This document shows positions 13,352 through 28,055 of a DNA stretch of 64,000 nt, piece by piece. Below the pieces are notes generated by a model. The model had not been told where the DNA came from and did no database searches. It saw only the letters and a list, made by a program, of their open reading frames with translations. How positions within the stretch are numbered: position 1 is the first letter of the stretch; each line of letters starts with the position of its first letter. A program made the position numbers and the translations under genes. Origin of the DNA: Octopus vulgaris (lineage: Eukaryota); assembly GCA_951406725.2 (NCBI GenBank), contig OX597827.1:65906001-65970000 (forward strand). Direction: 5' to 3'.

Positions 13352-15187
13352 TGGCGGCGAGCTGGCAGGGTCGTTAGCACGCCCGGGTTTAGCAGCACTT
13401 CGTCCGTCCTCACGTTTTGAGTTCAAATGCCGCCGAGTCGACTTTGTCTTTCATATTTTCGGGGTCGATAGATTACATACCAGTTGCGTACTGGGGTCGA
13501 TGTAATGGGCTTGTACCCTCCCCGCAAATTTCAGGCATTGTGCCTTTATTAGAAGGGATTGTTATTTTTATTAGTAAAACGACGAGCTGTCAGAATCGTT
13601 ACGACGCTGGTCAAAATGCTTAGCGGCATTTCGCCCCTCCTTACGTTTTGAGTTCAAATTCCACCGAGGTTGACTTTGCCTTTCATCCTTTTGAGGTTGA
13701 TAAAATAAGTGGCAGTGGAGTACTGGTGTCGATGTAAACGACTAGTTTTGCTCCCCGAATTTCTGGCATTGTGCCTATAGTAGAAAGGATTATTATTATG
13801 ATCAAAGCTGCCAGTAAGTAGAATCGTTACAGAGCTGGAGAAAACGCTTTCTTGCGTTTCTTCAGGCTTTTTAAATTCTGTGTTCAAAATCGGCTGAAGT
13901 TGCCGTTGTCTTTCCGCTTTTCGGTTTCGATAAAATATGCACCAGACAAATACAATTCCCCCTCCTATCGAAGTTGTTGGCCTTGTAACAAATTTAGAAT
14001 CAAGACTGGTGAGCTGGCAAAATCTTTAGCGCTTCAAACAAAATGCTTTGTGGCTTTTCCTTCATCCTTACGTTCCAAGTTTCCATCCCGCCGAGGTCGA
14101 ATTAATCATTTCAGAGTCTATAAAAAAGTATCAATGATGTATTGAGGTCGATACAATCAACTAGCCCTCTCCCCACAAATTTCAGGTATTGTGCCTTATC
14201 ATTATTATTAATATTATTAAGGCGGCGAGCTGGCAGAAACATTAGCACGCCGGGCGAAATGCTTAGCGGTATTTCGTCTGCGTTACGTTGTGAGTTCAAA
14301 TTCCGCCGAGGTCGACTTTGCCTTTCATCCTTTCGAGGTCGATAAATTAAGTACCAGTTACGCACTGGGGTCGATGTAATCAACTTAATACCTATGTCTG
14401 TCCTTGTTTGTCCCCTCTGTGTTTAGCCCCTAGTGGGTAATAAAGAAATAGGTATTTCGTCTGCCGCTACGTTCTGAATTCAAATTCCGCTGAGGTCGAC
14501 TTTGCCTTTCATTCTTTCGCGGGTCGATTAAATAAGTACTAGTTATGCACTGGGGTCGATATAATCGAATTAATCCGTTTGTCTGTCCTTGTTTATCGTC
14601 TCTGTGTTTAGCCCCTTGTGGGTAGTAAAGAAATAGGTATTTCGTCTGCCACTACGTTCTGAGTTCAAATTCTGCCGAAGTCAACTTAGCATTTCATCCC
14701 TTGGCGGTGTCGATAAATTAAGTCCCTGTTATGTACTGGGGTGGATCTAATTGACTGGTCCCCTCTCCCCCACCAAATTTCGTTCCTTGTGGCTAGTGTA
14801 AAAAAAGATTATTACTGTTGTTCTTCCTGTTTTTGTCTAAGGCGGCGAGCTGGCAGAATCGTTAGCGCGCTGACCGGACGATAAAAGAAGTACGACTAGA
14901 CTCGATGAAATCGACTATTCCCCTCCCCACAAATTTCAGGCCGTATGAGTTTAGCAGAAAGAATAAGTATTGTCAGTAGTAAGGCTGCGAGATAACAGAA
15001 TCGTTAGGATGCGTGCAAAATGCTAAGCGGTATTTCGTTCCTCCTTACGTTCGGAGTTCAAATCGCCTTTGCCTTTCATCCTTTCGGGGTCGATAAAATA
15101 AGTACCAGTTGAGTAGCGGTGTCGATGAACGCAACTAACACTCACCTCCGAAAATTACAAGTCCTGTGTCTATAGTAGAAAGTATTA
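13352..15187 (+). mobile_element. Head-to-tail array of about 9 SINE B units/copies
   Basis: Successive heads near 13352, 13578, 13805, 14003, 14219, 14839 and 14981, all on the + strand and mostly following short (att)n tails. The 14219 copy is itself a trimer. Confidence 0.88.
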
Positions 15188-15612
15188 TCGTTGTTGTTTG
15201 TGTTGCTGTTATTCTAGTGGTTGATGTATTTAGAAGTCCTATGTTAAGCTTGAAAATGCTGACAGCTATATACTATATTTTTGATTATTGTGTTCGTGTA
15301 AATTAGGACAGTTCAGACAAAAAGAGGACAGAAAAAATGCCAAAAAGACAGGTCGGTTCTTCTCCAATTTTTGCAAATACTTAAAGTTATATCTTCTGTG
15401 TATATATGCTACCAAACAAATATGATTTTAATGAACTCCTAATACTTTTTGTTGAATACTTTCTTAAATGCTTTCTTGTAAATAGTTTTTAACATATTCT
15501 TATTTTTATCAAAGAATGTATATCTGTATTTTAATACTTTTCTGACAACCGGTACTTAACCCAACAAAGCTTCAACAAAGATTAACATTTTACATTTGAC
15601 AATCTTATTCAT

Positions 15613-15730
15613 AAACAGTGAAACCGGTCAAGTGAATAAACATCTTTAAAATTGCATTTTCGAACATTCTTTCATATATATTTCCACTCGTGCGGTACCT
15701 TGCAACTTCACATTGTTATACCTATATCTA

Positions 15731-15824
<94 letters not shown>

Positions 15825-16038
15825 CTTACATATATATATACATATATATTATATATATATATATATACACATATATATATATATATATAGTATATATATA
15901 TATATATATATAAAATAGATAGATAGATAGATAGATATATATAGATATAATATAACAATAGTTCAAGGTACCGAGTGGAAATATATATGAAAGAATGTTA
16001 TGCAATTTTAAAGATGTTTAGTACCGGTTTCACTGTTT
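15613..16038. mobile_element. Inverted pair of related non-coding element ends (putative PLE pLTR ends) facing a (TCTA)n/(TA)n tract
   Basis: 15613-15728 aligns, with small indels, to the reverse complement of 15944-16038 (aaacagtgaaaccggt...taaacatctttaaaattgcat...aacattctttcatatatatttccactcg...gtaccttg). Confidence 0.6.
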
Positions 16039-16050
16039 TAGATATATATA

Positions 16051-16242
<192 letters not shown>

Positions 16243-16329
16243 CATACAGAGAGAGAGAGAAAGAATGAGAATGCTAGGTATTTTAGGTCATTGACACTTG
16301 CCTGAAAACTTGCAATAAATATGTCTACT

Positions 16330-16526
<197 letters not shown>

Positions 16527-18548
16527 AGATCCTATGCCACTATTTGAATGATGTAAACATATGCTAACGAAGATGTCTATTGAAAAATTTCACCAGTGCT
16601 AAATAATTGGATATTACCTGTGAAAAAAGTCAACTTTTAATGAAGAGATTACGTTTACGAGAAATTAAATACAAGACGAACATTTTCTCGCTCACCTAAA
16701 CCATTTATTTTATTATTATTTACATTTTCTACTTCACGTCTCACATATAAACTGGCATGAAGATAAAGAGATTGTAATGTATTCGTCACACAGCACAATA
16801 AACGTTATATTTCTCTTATTTCCGCTAGTTTAGGCTAATTGTGCATTCTAGAACGAAATGAAGGAGAACAGTTTAAATGTATTTTAAATGTAAATTTATA
16901 TATTTGCATCTCAATATATATAGGCTGTACAGAAATTTTCGAATGTGAATTTCGATTCTATGTTGTGTGTATTTATCATAAATTAATGTAGAAACTTACA
17001 GTGGACAAGCCTACATGGCTCGTGTGTGTGTGTCTGAAGAATATCGTTATATGAATCATTAAAGATATGTTAACGGCAGTTGAAATTTGTTCCCATAAAA
17101 ACAAAAGCAAAAAAATGAAATAATAACGATCAATTGTAATGTGTTAGAAAACAAACCTGGTAGATAGAGAGATAGAGTAGCAAGGTTGAATGAATATTGT
17201 TGATGCTACTTATCTTACGCTGAAATGCCTATGACAAATACCACGCACACCAGCACACAAACACACTCACACACATTAGCTGCTCCAGCAACATCTTTCG
17301 CGTATATGTTTTTTGCTAACCAGATCAGCGTCTGTATCTAATAAAATAAAAGCCATACGATTACAGTTTTACCTCAAATATTTCACCAGTTTATTCAAAT
17401 AAAGTTCAATTGCAAATGCAACCGACAATTAATGAGACTCAATCAACCGAATCCGCACAACCAACAGTGTTGTTCCAATCTGCGGATACTCACAAGATAG
17501 GTCGAAAATGATTATAGTTAGATTATTTAGGAGCGTGAAACATCTCCTTAAATTTGTTCTTTAAAATTAAATTTCTATGAAGTCTTTTTGAAAGCGAGGA
17601 GTATAGTGGTTAGCATTTTTGGTGTCACATCCGTTGATCCCATTTCTGAACCGTCGGGTGTTGTGTCCGTACGCAAAGTATAAACGCAAATATATTGCAG
17701 TTACATATATTGATACAATAAAACGTTAGAAAGATGCTAATACTGGAAAAAAGTTGATTGCTATCTTCATTGGAAACATCTGATAGGTGGAAACTGGAGC
17801 CAGGCCGCCTCGGCCCCTTATGTTTGCCTTCGTTGATTGCTTACTTTCACTCTGTCATTGTTTGTTCGTTCGAAGTTCTAACTCTCCCCAAATTTTATAT
17901 TCTTAAAACTTCCGGATGCTGCTGTTTTATGAAGGTTTCCTATCTTGTCATTCAAAGCACGAAATAGTAATTATAACAGTCGACAACTGAGGAGGGGGTT
18001 AGACATCTTTTGATAGTGTGTCCCGTTCTTGTCTCTCATTGTATGTCTACGTAATTTTTACACGTTGGTGATGTCCTCTTATTATTGTATATTACTTTTG
18101 AATGTTGTCCTGTACCTATCTCCCGTGTGTTTACGTACTTTTCACTCGTAAAGTGGTGTTTTATACTTTATGTGTTGTATATTTATAATCGAATGCAATG
18201 CAGCCTTGTCCACTGTAAGTTTCTACTTTTATTTATAATTTCTGTGACTCTACCCACTGTTCTCTTCTTTTTCTCTCTATCCCTCTATAATATCTTTATT
18301 CTCCGTTTCTCTCCATTTTTTAGGCTGTCCCCGGTCTGCCTTTCTTCCACTTCCTACTATCTTTCATTCCTCCTCCCTTCTCCTCACTCCCTCCGTTTTT
18401 TTCCCTCACCCGTCCCTTGTCTCATTCTCTACCTGTTTACTCCTATGTAACTACAGGGATTTGTCTCACATTTGTCTTTTCTGGACGCGACGTCCACTTC
18501 GCTGGACGTCATTTTGCTCACCTTGTGTTTCTGCGTCTGTTTCCGAAA

Positions 18549-18730
18549 CATCGTTTGACAACTGTTGCTGATATGTTTACGTCCCCGTAACTGAACGGTT
18601 CCGCAAAAGAGACCGATAAAATAAGTACTAGGCTAACAAAGAATAAGTCCTGGGATCGATTTGCTCGACTAAAGGCGGAGCTCCCTTATGACCATACTCA
18701 AATGACTGAAACACGTAAAAGAATAAAGAG
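18549..18730 (+). mobile_element. SINE family A, 3' half
   Basis: Aligns to 8820-9010, including the ctaaaggcgg...caaatgactgaaac tail. Confidence 0.85.
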
Positions 18731-19749
18731 TATATGTGACGTTTGTTTGGGAATTCAAGCACCAAATTCAGAGGCTATATTCAGGGAAATATTTTAAGTG
18801 TGGTCTTTATCTAAGAGAGTTGATTCACTGGGAACATCTGCAGCGTAGAGATGATTTTGGTTGAAGGAGTCATTGCAATCATCATGAATATAACTACTCT
18901 GACTGAGAACAAAGCATAGCATGTTTGACAATTGTATGAATATCAAGATTCGTGATCTCGAGGTTCACAAGCAGTTACCCCCCTTCCAAATTTAGCGATG
19001 AACGTAAAAATGATTTTATCCACATATATATAAAAGTATAATAGGTGTACCTTGCAATACCAGTAATAAACATGATGCAGTGGTAGAGAAACGGTAAGCA
19101 CGAATATGAGGTAACTGTTATTCTAGGAAGTCCAATAATTGAAGCTTGCTAGGAGCTGAATATCTGGTTAACTTATATGGTTTACGTTCATTTTTGAGAT
19201 ACAGAAATTATATATTCTAACAAACTCTGAGATGATACGCTGAAATAAATTGATTTAATTGTATATGGCGTCGCAGTAGCATGTAATATTATAATAGAAT
19301 TAATTTTCGTGTCTTTTGTGCCTCAAAAAAGCAGCTGTTTAATTAATTGAAGCTGAAAGAAGGAAAATGATTATATATTTTCCAAAGAGCTGCTGAAGTA
19401 TACTTAATAATCTATTTGACTATTATGTCAGCAACACATGCATTGAACACTGCTATATATCGTGTTTATACAATTTGCCCAGAAACGCTAAAATGTATAA
19501 CGAAATCATAGCAAAATAATCAAATTTTTTACAATTTTCTTAATACATTCCTTATCAAAAAATCTTGCAGAGGTGCGTTGTAGCTGTTGAGGACTAAATA
19601 CTCAAACATAGAGGCACGGATATTCATGATAAGGTGTAATTCTATTTGCGTCAAATGTTTCTAATTAACAGTTGCAACCCGTTTCATCTGCGTTTGTTTC
19701 TTTTTGTTCGTATGCAGTTCATAACCTGAAGAAATATATATATATATAC

Positions 19750-20406
19750 ACATCTTATAATTAAGGGCTAAAGAAGGTATTGGCTTTAGAATAACCTTCT
19801 TTAGCCCTTAATTATAAGATGTTTATACTTCAACCGTAAATGTTTTTTTAATATACTGCCACGCTTTTTGATGGAATCCTTTTCTGTAGAGAAAGGGACT
19901 TCATCCTATATTGTTAGTAGTAAACTCACTGCTTGTTACAAGGGGACCGGTAGCCATTACAATATGTAGCGGCGATAGATCAACACGTTGTTCTGAGACT
20001 AACCAAGGAATTTTTATTTTTAGATATAAATGATATACTTAAATGGTGTTGTGCTTTTAGCTTCTGCTTTTTCCATGATCACATGTGAGTATTTTATTTA
20101 TGTTCCCTCGTAAGCTCTACTGAAGAAGAATATATCCTTTATAGGGATTAATTCCGAAATTGATTCAATATAGAGATAACGAAATTAAAATTTTCTAAAG
20201 GTTAGTTGCCCGCTTTCAGTTCAATTTTTCTGTAACAAATGGATTATAAGTGGATAAATCAGTGTATTGGCTTTAGAATAACCTTCTTTAGCCCTTAATT
20301 ATAAGATGTTTATACTTCAACCGTAAAGGTTTTTTTAATATATTGCCACGCTTTTTGATGGAATCCTTTTCTGTAGAGAAAGGGACTTCATCCTATATTG
20401 TTAGTA

Positions 20407-20409
<3 letters not shown>
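19750..20409 (+). mobile_element. Non-autonomous PLE-type/retrozyme-like element with terminal direct repeats and 5' fold-back
   Basis: Perfect 29-bp inverted repeat (19750-19778 / 19794-19822). 146-bp direct repeats at 19777-19922 and 20264-20409 with 2 mismatches. Internal hammerhead motif, (TA)n on both sides, no ORF. Confidence 0.8.
20115..20175 (+). ncRNA. Type I hammerhead ribozyme motif
   Basis: CTCTA-CTGAAGA-AGAAT(at atcctt tat agggat ta)ATTCC-GAAA-TTG att CAA-TA-TAGAG. Stem I is ctcta/tagag, the CUGANGA and GAAA core is intact, and stems II and III can form. Predicted cleavage after AUA at 20170. Confidence 0.78.
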
Positions 20410-20464
<55 letters not shown>

Positions 20465-22231
20465 GTGTGTGCGTGTGTGTTTGTGAAAACGCCCGATAGT
20501 ATTCCCGTTTTTAGCTCTTGCTGGTAGAGGTCTTAATGTTGTTATTGCCTGAACCAGGTTGGGCTGGACCAAACATTCCTATTATCGTGACCATCCCATC
20601 ATCCAGATCCTCGTGGTTTATTGTACTGAGCCCTAATCCCATTAAGTACATCAATGATTATGCGAAGGTGCGTAACACATTTTTGTAAATGACTAAAGAA
20701 ACTAAAACGTAATCTGTTTATATAAAAAAAACAGGTAATTTTGCTGATCGTAGTAAACGCCATCATAATTTGAGTATATTATATCGATTGGGGTTCTTCA
20801 TGTTGACAGGTCAATGACAAATATCAATTGGCCTTTTGTGTTGTATCGCTATTCTAAAGATACAGTATCTTTTCTCCTATATTATATTTCTACAAATGAT
20901 ATATGTTATTTTTGCTTCACATATAAAGAAACATATAAAGAAACTTGGCCCGGAAGCTGTATTTTTAAATAGGCAAGTTATGGTCAATTACAAAAATGTA
21001 ATCCGAAATATTTTCTGAGTTCATTCAACTTGTTCCCACCTTGAACACAGAAAACTACATGAGGACGCTTCGTTCACTACAGTGTTTATGACAAACGCAT
21101 ATGGAGTATCTACTGGATATGGAAACCGGATAAGTATATTCAATATATTTCCTGTATGTTTGTATTTTCTAAAATAAATGTGTAATTTAAATTTAGAACT
21201 TACAAAATCGGGTTAAAATTTGTACTTTTACATACCTTATTGATCGTATTTGCAGTAGAGGCTAATTTGCACGAAGCCTAATATGAAGTATTTGCTGCGT
21301 TTTGCTGGGTTGGCTGACATCTACATTATGTTTGTGAGTGTAGTATTAATGCCTTCATTTATTGGGATGAGAGAGCGCATAAATGAAGTTTGTCTTTTAT
21401 TTAATTTTAAGTTCCAATTCTTCTTAATTAAATTCTATGAAATTATAAATCACGAGCAATAAAGAAACAATATAAAATAAATACAAAGAAAGTAAAAAGT
21501 AAGCCATCAGTCCAATTTCCTAATTGTCTGAAAAAAAAAGCGTTTTGTCGGCACAGTAATAAAGAGCAATTAAAAATAGAAAACCAAACTAAATGTGGTA
21601 TCCCAAATGGCGCAAAATTTTAATTTAGATATATGGCCATCATCTAATTTTTTTTCAAAGAAATATCTGTTGAAAACAATAACAATAATGAAGATGTAAG
21701 CATATCCTATAATATAATTGCAATAAACATGCAAATTGTCAGCAGTTCAATTAATTTGTAAAATTCAAATTATAAACGTGTATGACAGTAAAGTAGTGGC
21801 AATTAGAATGATGGATTAGAAACAATAAGCGTTATTTCAGCATTATATACATATAACATGTAGAAAGCGAAGATTGACAATTTTATGCAATAATTTGCTT
21901 AGTTCCAGCTTCGCTCTTCGAGAATCTCCCAGTACTGTTTTGAGGATAATGTCAAATGAGAAATCAACATAATATCAGCACTCGAATTTATATAACAGTA
22001 TAGAAATAGACAACGTCTATCCGTTAAAGGAAGATATGATGGGTTATTTGGTATCGTTGATCGAAATTTACCCCGTAATCAATTTAACTGTCTCTGCATT
22101 AGGAGTTATATTGTTTTCGTTTTTCCCCCCGGCGTGTATAATATTTGTGCGTCAGATGTTGTGTAGAGTCGTCTAAATGCTGGTATTAGTGTTCTCTGTA
22201 GTGTTCATAATAAAAAAAATAACGATGAACG

Positions 22232-22496
22232 TCGCCCTTTTCAAGCCTAGCCAGGTTCATGGGCCTGGTTTCCCGGTTTCTGTGGCGTATGTGTTCCCCC
22301 CAGCTGGACGGGAGGCCAGTCCATCGCAGTGTTACTTGAGTAACAGGAAGAGAGAGTGGGAGAAAGTTGTACATCGTCGAAAGAGCACATCGTGGAGCTT
22401 TAAGATGTTTTTGCTCAACGCCCAGTCTGATGATCGAAACTGCGATACACCGACTGTGAGTCCGCTGCCCTAACCACTGGGCTATTGCGCCTCCAC
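22232..22496 (-). mobile_element. SINE family C (internally deleted copy)
   Basis: The minus strand starts gtggaggcgcaatagcccagtggttagggcagcggactc (tRNA-like head) and ends gaaaccgggaaaccaggccc...gcttgaaaagggcga. Confidence 0.85.
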
Positions 22497-22964
22497 GTTG
22501 ATGATTAACCACACAGCTTTGAAATACATAACTATTATTAATTCCTACAGTGGTTAGGGTATTTATTCATACAACATTATACTTAGTAAGAGTTGTATTA
22601 TCTTTATTTTGCTATTAGCCATATCCTAGGTATCGATATAAAAAATGCTTAAGACACTTTGCTAATCTTCATTTTTCTCTGAATGCTGTTTTTTATGACA
22701 CTCTTCCGTGTATTTGATTATTCAAATATATTTAAATTGATATGCATGGTCTAACTACATTAGCTTTATTTACAAAATATGGTGTTATTATTCGTAAGCT
22801 CTCTTCAGTATCGTATTGGACATCTTTTTCATACTGAATCTTATAATTTATAATTTCCAATCAATTTAGCCAAGACATTCGCAAAATGCAATCCTGAAAG
22901 TATTACTTTTAGCTGCTTTTTATTTATTTGCTGTGAGGAGCGGCATGTCAAAAATAGGTCAAGT

Positions 22965-23305
22965 GTTTCCTCTGCGTGGCGTAAAATGCGACTCAAAGAG
23001 GTTGATGTAAGATTTGCACTCCGCCCTCGTAAAACCTTCGACAGCAACGACTACGCAGGTGACTAAACCGTGTGTTAGAGAGTTCTTACCCGCGTGGGGC
23101 AAAGTTTTCATCAGCAGGTGTAGGCAACCATCAACAAAAAGGGGTTGCAGGAACAGGCTGTTCACGGTACATTCCCCATGCTGCTGCCACTACCACTACT
23201 ACTACTACTACTACTACTGATACTACTACTACTACTACCACCCTCACTAGTACTACTACTACCACCACCACCACCACCACTACTATAACTACTACTACTA
23301 CTACT
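22965..23305 (+). mobile_element. Unclassified GC-richer repeat-like island ending in an (ACT)n/(ACC)n tract
   Basis: GC content is clearly above the flanks and it ends in a trinucleotide tail, as retroposon 3' ends do. No second copy in the window. Confidence 0.3.
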
Positions 23306-24013
23306 CTCCTCTACAATTTGGGAAAACTATCCATGATGCTAGCTTTCCTATACTTATTCACTTACAATTTGGTGTAAAACGCGAGATTTTCTTGCCAATG
23401 AAAGATATTAAAAGGGAAGACTGTTATGTAAAAATACTACGTCAAAGGACTATCTGTGAAGAATTGCTTGCCATCTATTTATAACGTGTTCATGTATATT
23501 TTATTACAGCGGTCATAATTACCGTTGAAGTGTCCGGAGATTTTCACGTGAAGATCACTCTGAATGAAAACAAGAGAACATCTCAGTTTTATTTGACATG
23601 CTAGAAATACCAATCTAATCGGACTCGAATTGTAACATATCCTTTTAGACAATGTACAGAAGGATTCACGCCTAATACAGAAAATATGTAATACTCCAGT
23701 AATATCCCTCAACAGCCGTCGACTTAATCAAGTTTATCCTGTTGGTTTTTCAGTTTCTATGATGATAATTTGGCCTTTCATTATCCCAGGATCGATAAAT
23801 TAATATACTATGCAAATTCTAAGGTTAATGCAATCAAGATAGTTATTTTCAAGAAAATCACTGTATCATAATTAAATTTTAAAAAATTTATAATAATAAC
23901 GATTATTAATTTAGACACAAAGTCAATAATGATAAAAGTCAAAGTAAAAATATACCACAAGGCATTTTATCGAATACCCTCTTTCTGACAAAATAATCAA
24001 TTATAATATTTTC

Positions 24014-24940
24014 AAGGCGCCGAGCTGGCATAAATGTTAGCACGCCAGGCAAAATGCTTAGCAGTATTTCGCCTTCCGTTACGTTCTCAGTTCAAATTCC
24101 GCCGAGGTCCATTTTGCCTTTCCTCCTCTCGAGGTCGATTAAATAAGTACCAGTTACGCGCTGAGGCCGATGTGCTCGACTTAATACCTTTGTCTGTCCT
24201 TGTTTGTCCCCTCTATGTTTAGTACCTTGTGAGTAATAAAGAAATAGGTATTTCATCTGCCGTTACGTTCTGAGTTCAAATTCCGCCGAGATCGACTTTG
24301 CCTTTCATCCATAAGAGGTCGATAAATTAAGTACCAATTACACACTGGCGTCGATTTAATTGACTTAATCCATGTGTCTGTCCTTGTTTGCCGTCCTCTA
24401 TGTTTAGCCCCCTGTGAACAATAAAGAAATATGAAGCATTAGCATGCCAGGCACAATGCTAAGCGGTATTTCGTCTGTCTTTACGTTCTGAGCTCAAATT
24501 CCACCGAGTTCAAATTTACCTTTCGTCATTTAGGGGCCGATAAATTAAGTACCGGCTGCGCATTGGGATCGATCCAATCGACTGGCACCCTCCCGCAAAA
24601 TTTCGGGTCTCGTGCCTACAACAGAAAAGAATAATAGTTTTTCAATAAGGGAATGGCTGGATTACATCGACCCCAGTACTTGACTGGTACTTAATTTATC
24701 GACACCAAAAAGATGAGGAGCAAAGTCTTCCTCTTCGGTATGTGAACCCAAAACAAGAAGACGGACGAAGTGCCACGTTTATTTTCCCCGGCGATCTAAT
24801 GATTCTGCCAGCGCAGCACCAACACCACAGCGACAATAATTTATCCTTTCTGCTGTAGGTACAAGGCCTGAAATTTGGAGGGGAGCGGCTAAGTCGACAA
24901 CATCGACCCTAGTATTCCGCGGGTACTTATCTCATTGATC
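24014..24940. mobile_element. SINE B cluster: + strand dimer plus monomer (24014-24635) and two - strand partial copies (24640-24940)
   Basis: Same head/central/tail motifs; internal junction taaagaaata|ggtatttc near 24247. Followed by (AAT)n at 24960-25033. Confidence 0.85.
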
Positions 24941-24958
24941 CTCAACAACAACAACAAC

Positions 24959-25034
<76 letters not shown>

Positions 25035-25167
25035 TACTGGCAATTTGACGGTACCAACGAAGATATGTCACTGTGCACTGAAAATGTCCTTCCTGGTTTT
25101 GTACATTTAGCTTCTAGTGACAATTATCGTATTTCATGTATCCAATTGATATACTCTGTATAGTGTG

Positions 25168-25846
<679 letters not shown>

Positions 25847-26540
25847 TACTGCGTTTATAAAATGTATTTGTCTATATCATATTACGTTATTCCCACGACA
25901 CGTATTATTATTGCCTGCAGTTTTCATTCTTATTATATTTATATTTGGACAATTTCTTCAATACTTTTAGAAATACATTGTTATCTATTGGGAATGATAC
26001 ATCGATAAGGAAACAGTTCATTTCCTGTTGATCACTGGCAACAATATCACGTCGATTAGACATGATTTCCCACCTTAGTAATATCGAAATTTTCTGTAGT
26101 ATAAACTGTCCGCATAGTTATTTTGTGAGACATTTCTGTAGCGTGGTGAGAACAATATATCTGTTTTGTAGATATGCTTCAAGATCTGTTGTCTCTTATC
26201 TAAGTCCGGACAACCACAATTATATACTTGTTCTTTTTTCTTTTCACTAAAAAAAAATTCTTTTTAGAAACACCCATAATCCTTCAGGTACATGAGCACC
26301 TGCACATCTAATCGCATGAATTCGGTTCTCAACCAAAGCCAATAAATCTTAAGGTATCAGATTTTTGACAAGAAATGTGATAATCTTCGTTCAAATATTA
26401 TGGTTATCGCTTTTGAAATATTTGTAGATCTTAAAAGGCTTTTCTTAAATGTGTGTTAGTAGGGAATTCTACATCTTATCTAAGCTTAATTAATTTTCCT
26501 TCCTTCTTAGAATTGTCTCTTATTATTGTTAATATTGAAG

Positions 26541-26788
26541 AAGGCGCGCTGACACTATCATTACCACGCTGGGCAAGATACCTGGCAGTACTTTTGTCAG
26601 TATCACGCCGGGTAAAATGGTTAGCGGCATTTCGTCCGTTTTTACCTTCTGAGTTAAAATTCCACCGAGGTCCCTTTCATCCTTTCGGGGTCGATGAATT
26701 AATTACCAGTGAAACACTGGTGTCAATGTAATCGACTGTCTCCGTCTTCCAAATTCCAGGCCTTGTGCCTTTAGTGGAAAAGATTATT
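26541..26788 (+). mobile_element. SINE family B (tail type 2, partially duplicated head)
   Basis: gagttaaaattccaccgaggt...cctttcatcctttcggggtcgat...ggccttgtgcctttagtggaaagattatt. Confidence 0.75.
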
Positions 26789-26874
26789 TATATACTGGAT
26801 AACATAATGACATCTGCTCCTCGATGGTCCATCACGTAATTAGTCTTCTAACCTATATTTAGAAATATTTTTTC

Positions 26875-27176
26875 CCCTCTTTTCAAGCCTAGCGAGGCTC
26901 ATGGGCCCGGATTCCCGGTTTCTGTGGCGTATGTGCTCCCCCAGCTGGACGGGACGACAGTCCATCGCAGCATTACTCAAGAAACAAGAAGAGAGAGTGA
27001 GAGAAAGTTGTGGCGAAATAGTACAACAGGGATCGCCACCACATCCTGCCGGAACATCGTGGAGATTTTGGGTGTTTTTGCGAAATAAACACACACAACG
27101 CCTGGTCTGGGAATCGAAACAGCGATCCTTCGACCACGAGTCCGCTGCCCTAACCACTGTTCCATTGCGCCTCCAC
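26875..27176 (-). mobile_element. SINE family C, full length
   Basis: tRNA-like head gtggaggcgcaatgg...gtttcgattccc; same tail as the 22232 copy. Confidence 0.9.
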
Positions 27177-28055
27177 ATTAAATATGGTTGAAATATAAAA
27201 GGACAGAGTGCAGGTGGCTATATCAACTGCTGGATAGTTCTGCTGAGAAATATAGCGTTCATGTCATAAAAACCTCCGTTAATTTCTTTTGTTATGTCTG
27301 TTTCTATCTTAATATTTGCAAATAAATAAACGACCTCAATGAATAAAGAAACCAATTTTAGGAACCGGTGATAATGTAACTAACTTTGTTATTGAATTGT
27401 CTGCAAGAGCAACAAAATTACCAAGGAAGTGTGCTCCAACGTCTTAAACTGATAGAACACATTCGACATTACAGTCAAAGATATAAATATTCAGAAGGAA
27501 AAATGGAATACAGACAGCTAAACAGATTTTCATAATAGACCTACATCACTTTGGCTGAACAGATCTAAAAATAATTCAACAACAAAAACAGTTCTGCACA
27601 TATCCAAAATTTTATAAATGCAATTGGATAACAATAATAAAATATCTTAAAAGTTATGTTTATATGATATTCTCTTGCATTTTCGACATTCCAAAATCCT
27701 GCTATCAAACCTAGCGTAAATACCATGTTGGATTGTTTCCCTTTGCTCATCACGTATCGTACTAAGATTTTATAGAAAGAATAGTCGAATGTATTATTTT
27801 TAAAATATCATATTTCATTTTAAATCGAGAGGTCATCCTTAAAAGTCAGACACAGAAATTCGTGTAATCATTCTAATTCTGGTGTATTTATGATTTGTTC
27901 ACATTCAGTAAAAGCTGACAAACATCTACTCCTTACATTTACTGTAATCTAACACATTTATGGCTAAGAAATATTCTGATATTCTCTTAAACCGAGGTTT
28001 CTCTATAGTTTTAACAAATTAGTTTATCAAACTAAATTAAATATAGAAGTATCGT

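Noticed and set aside
13352-15187. CRISPR-like repeat array
   Set aside because: Units are ~185-220-bp SINE copies with no unique spacers and no cas genes, in eukaryotic DNA.
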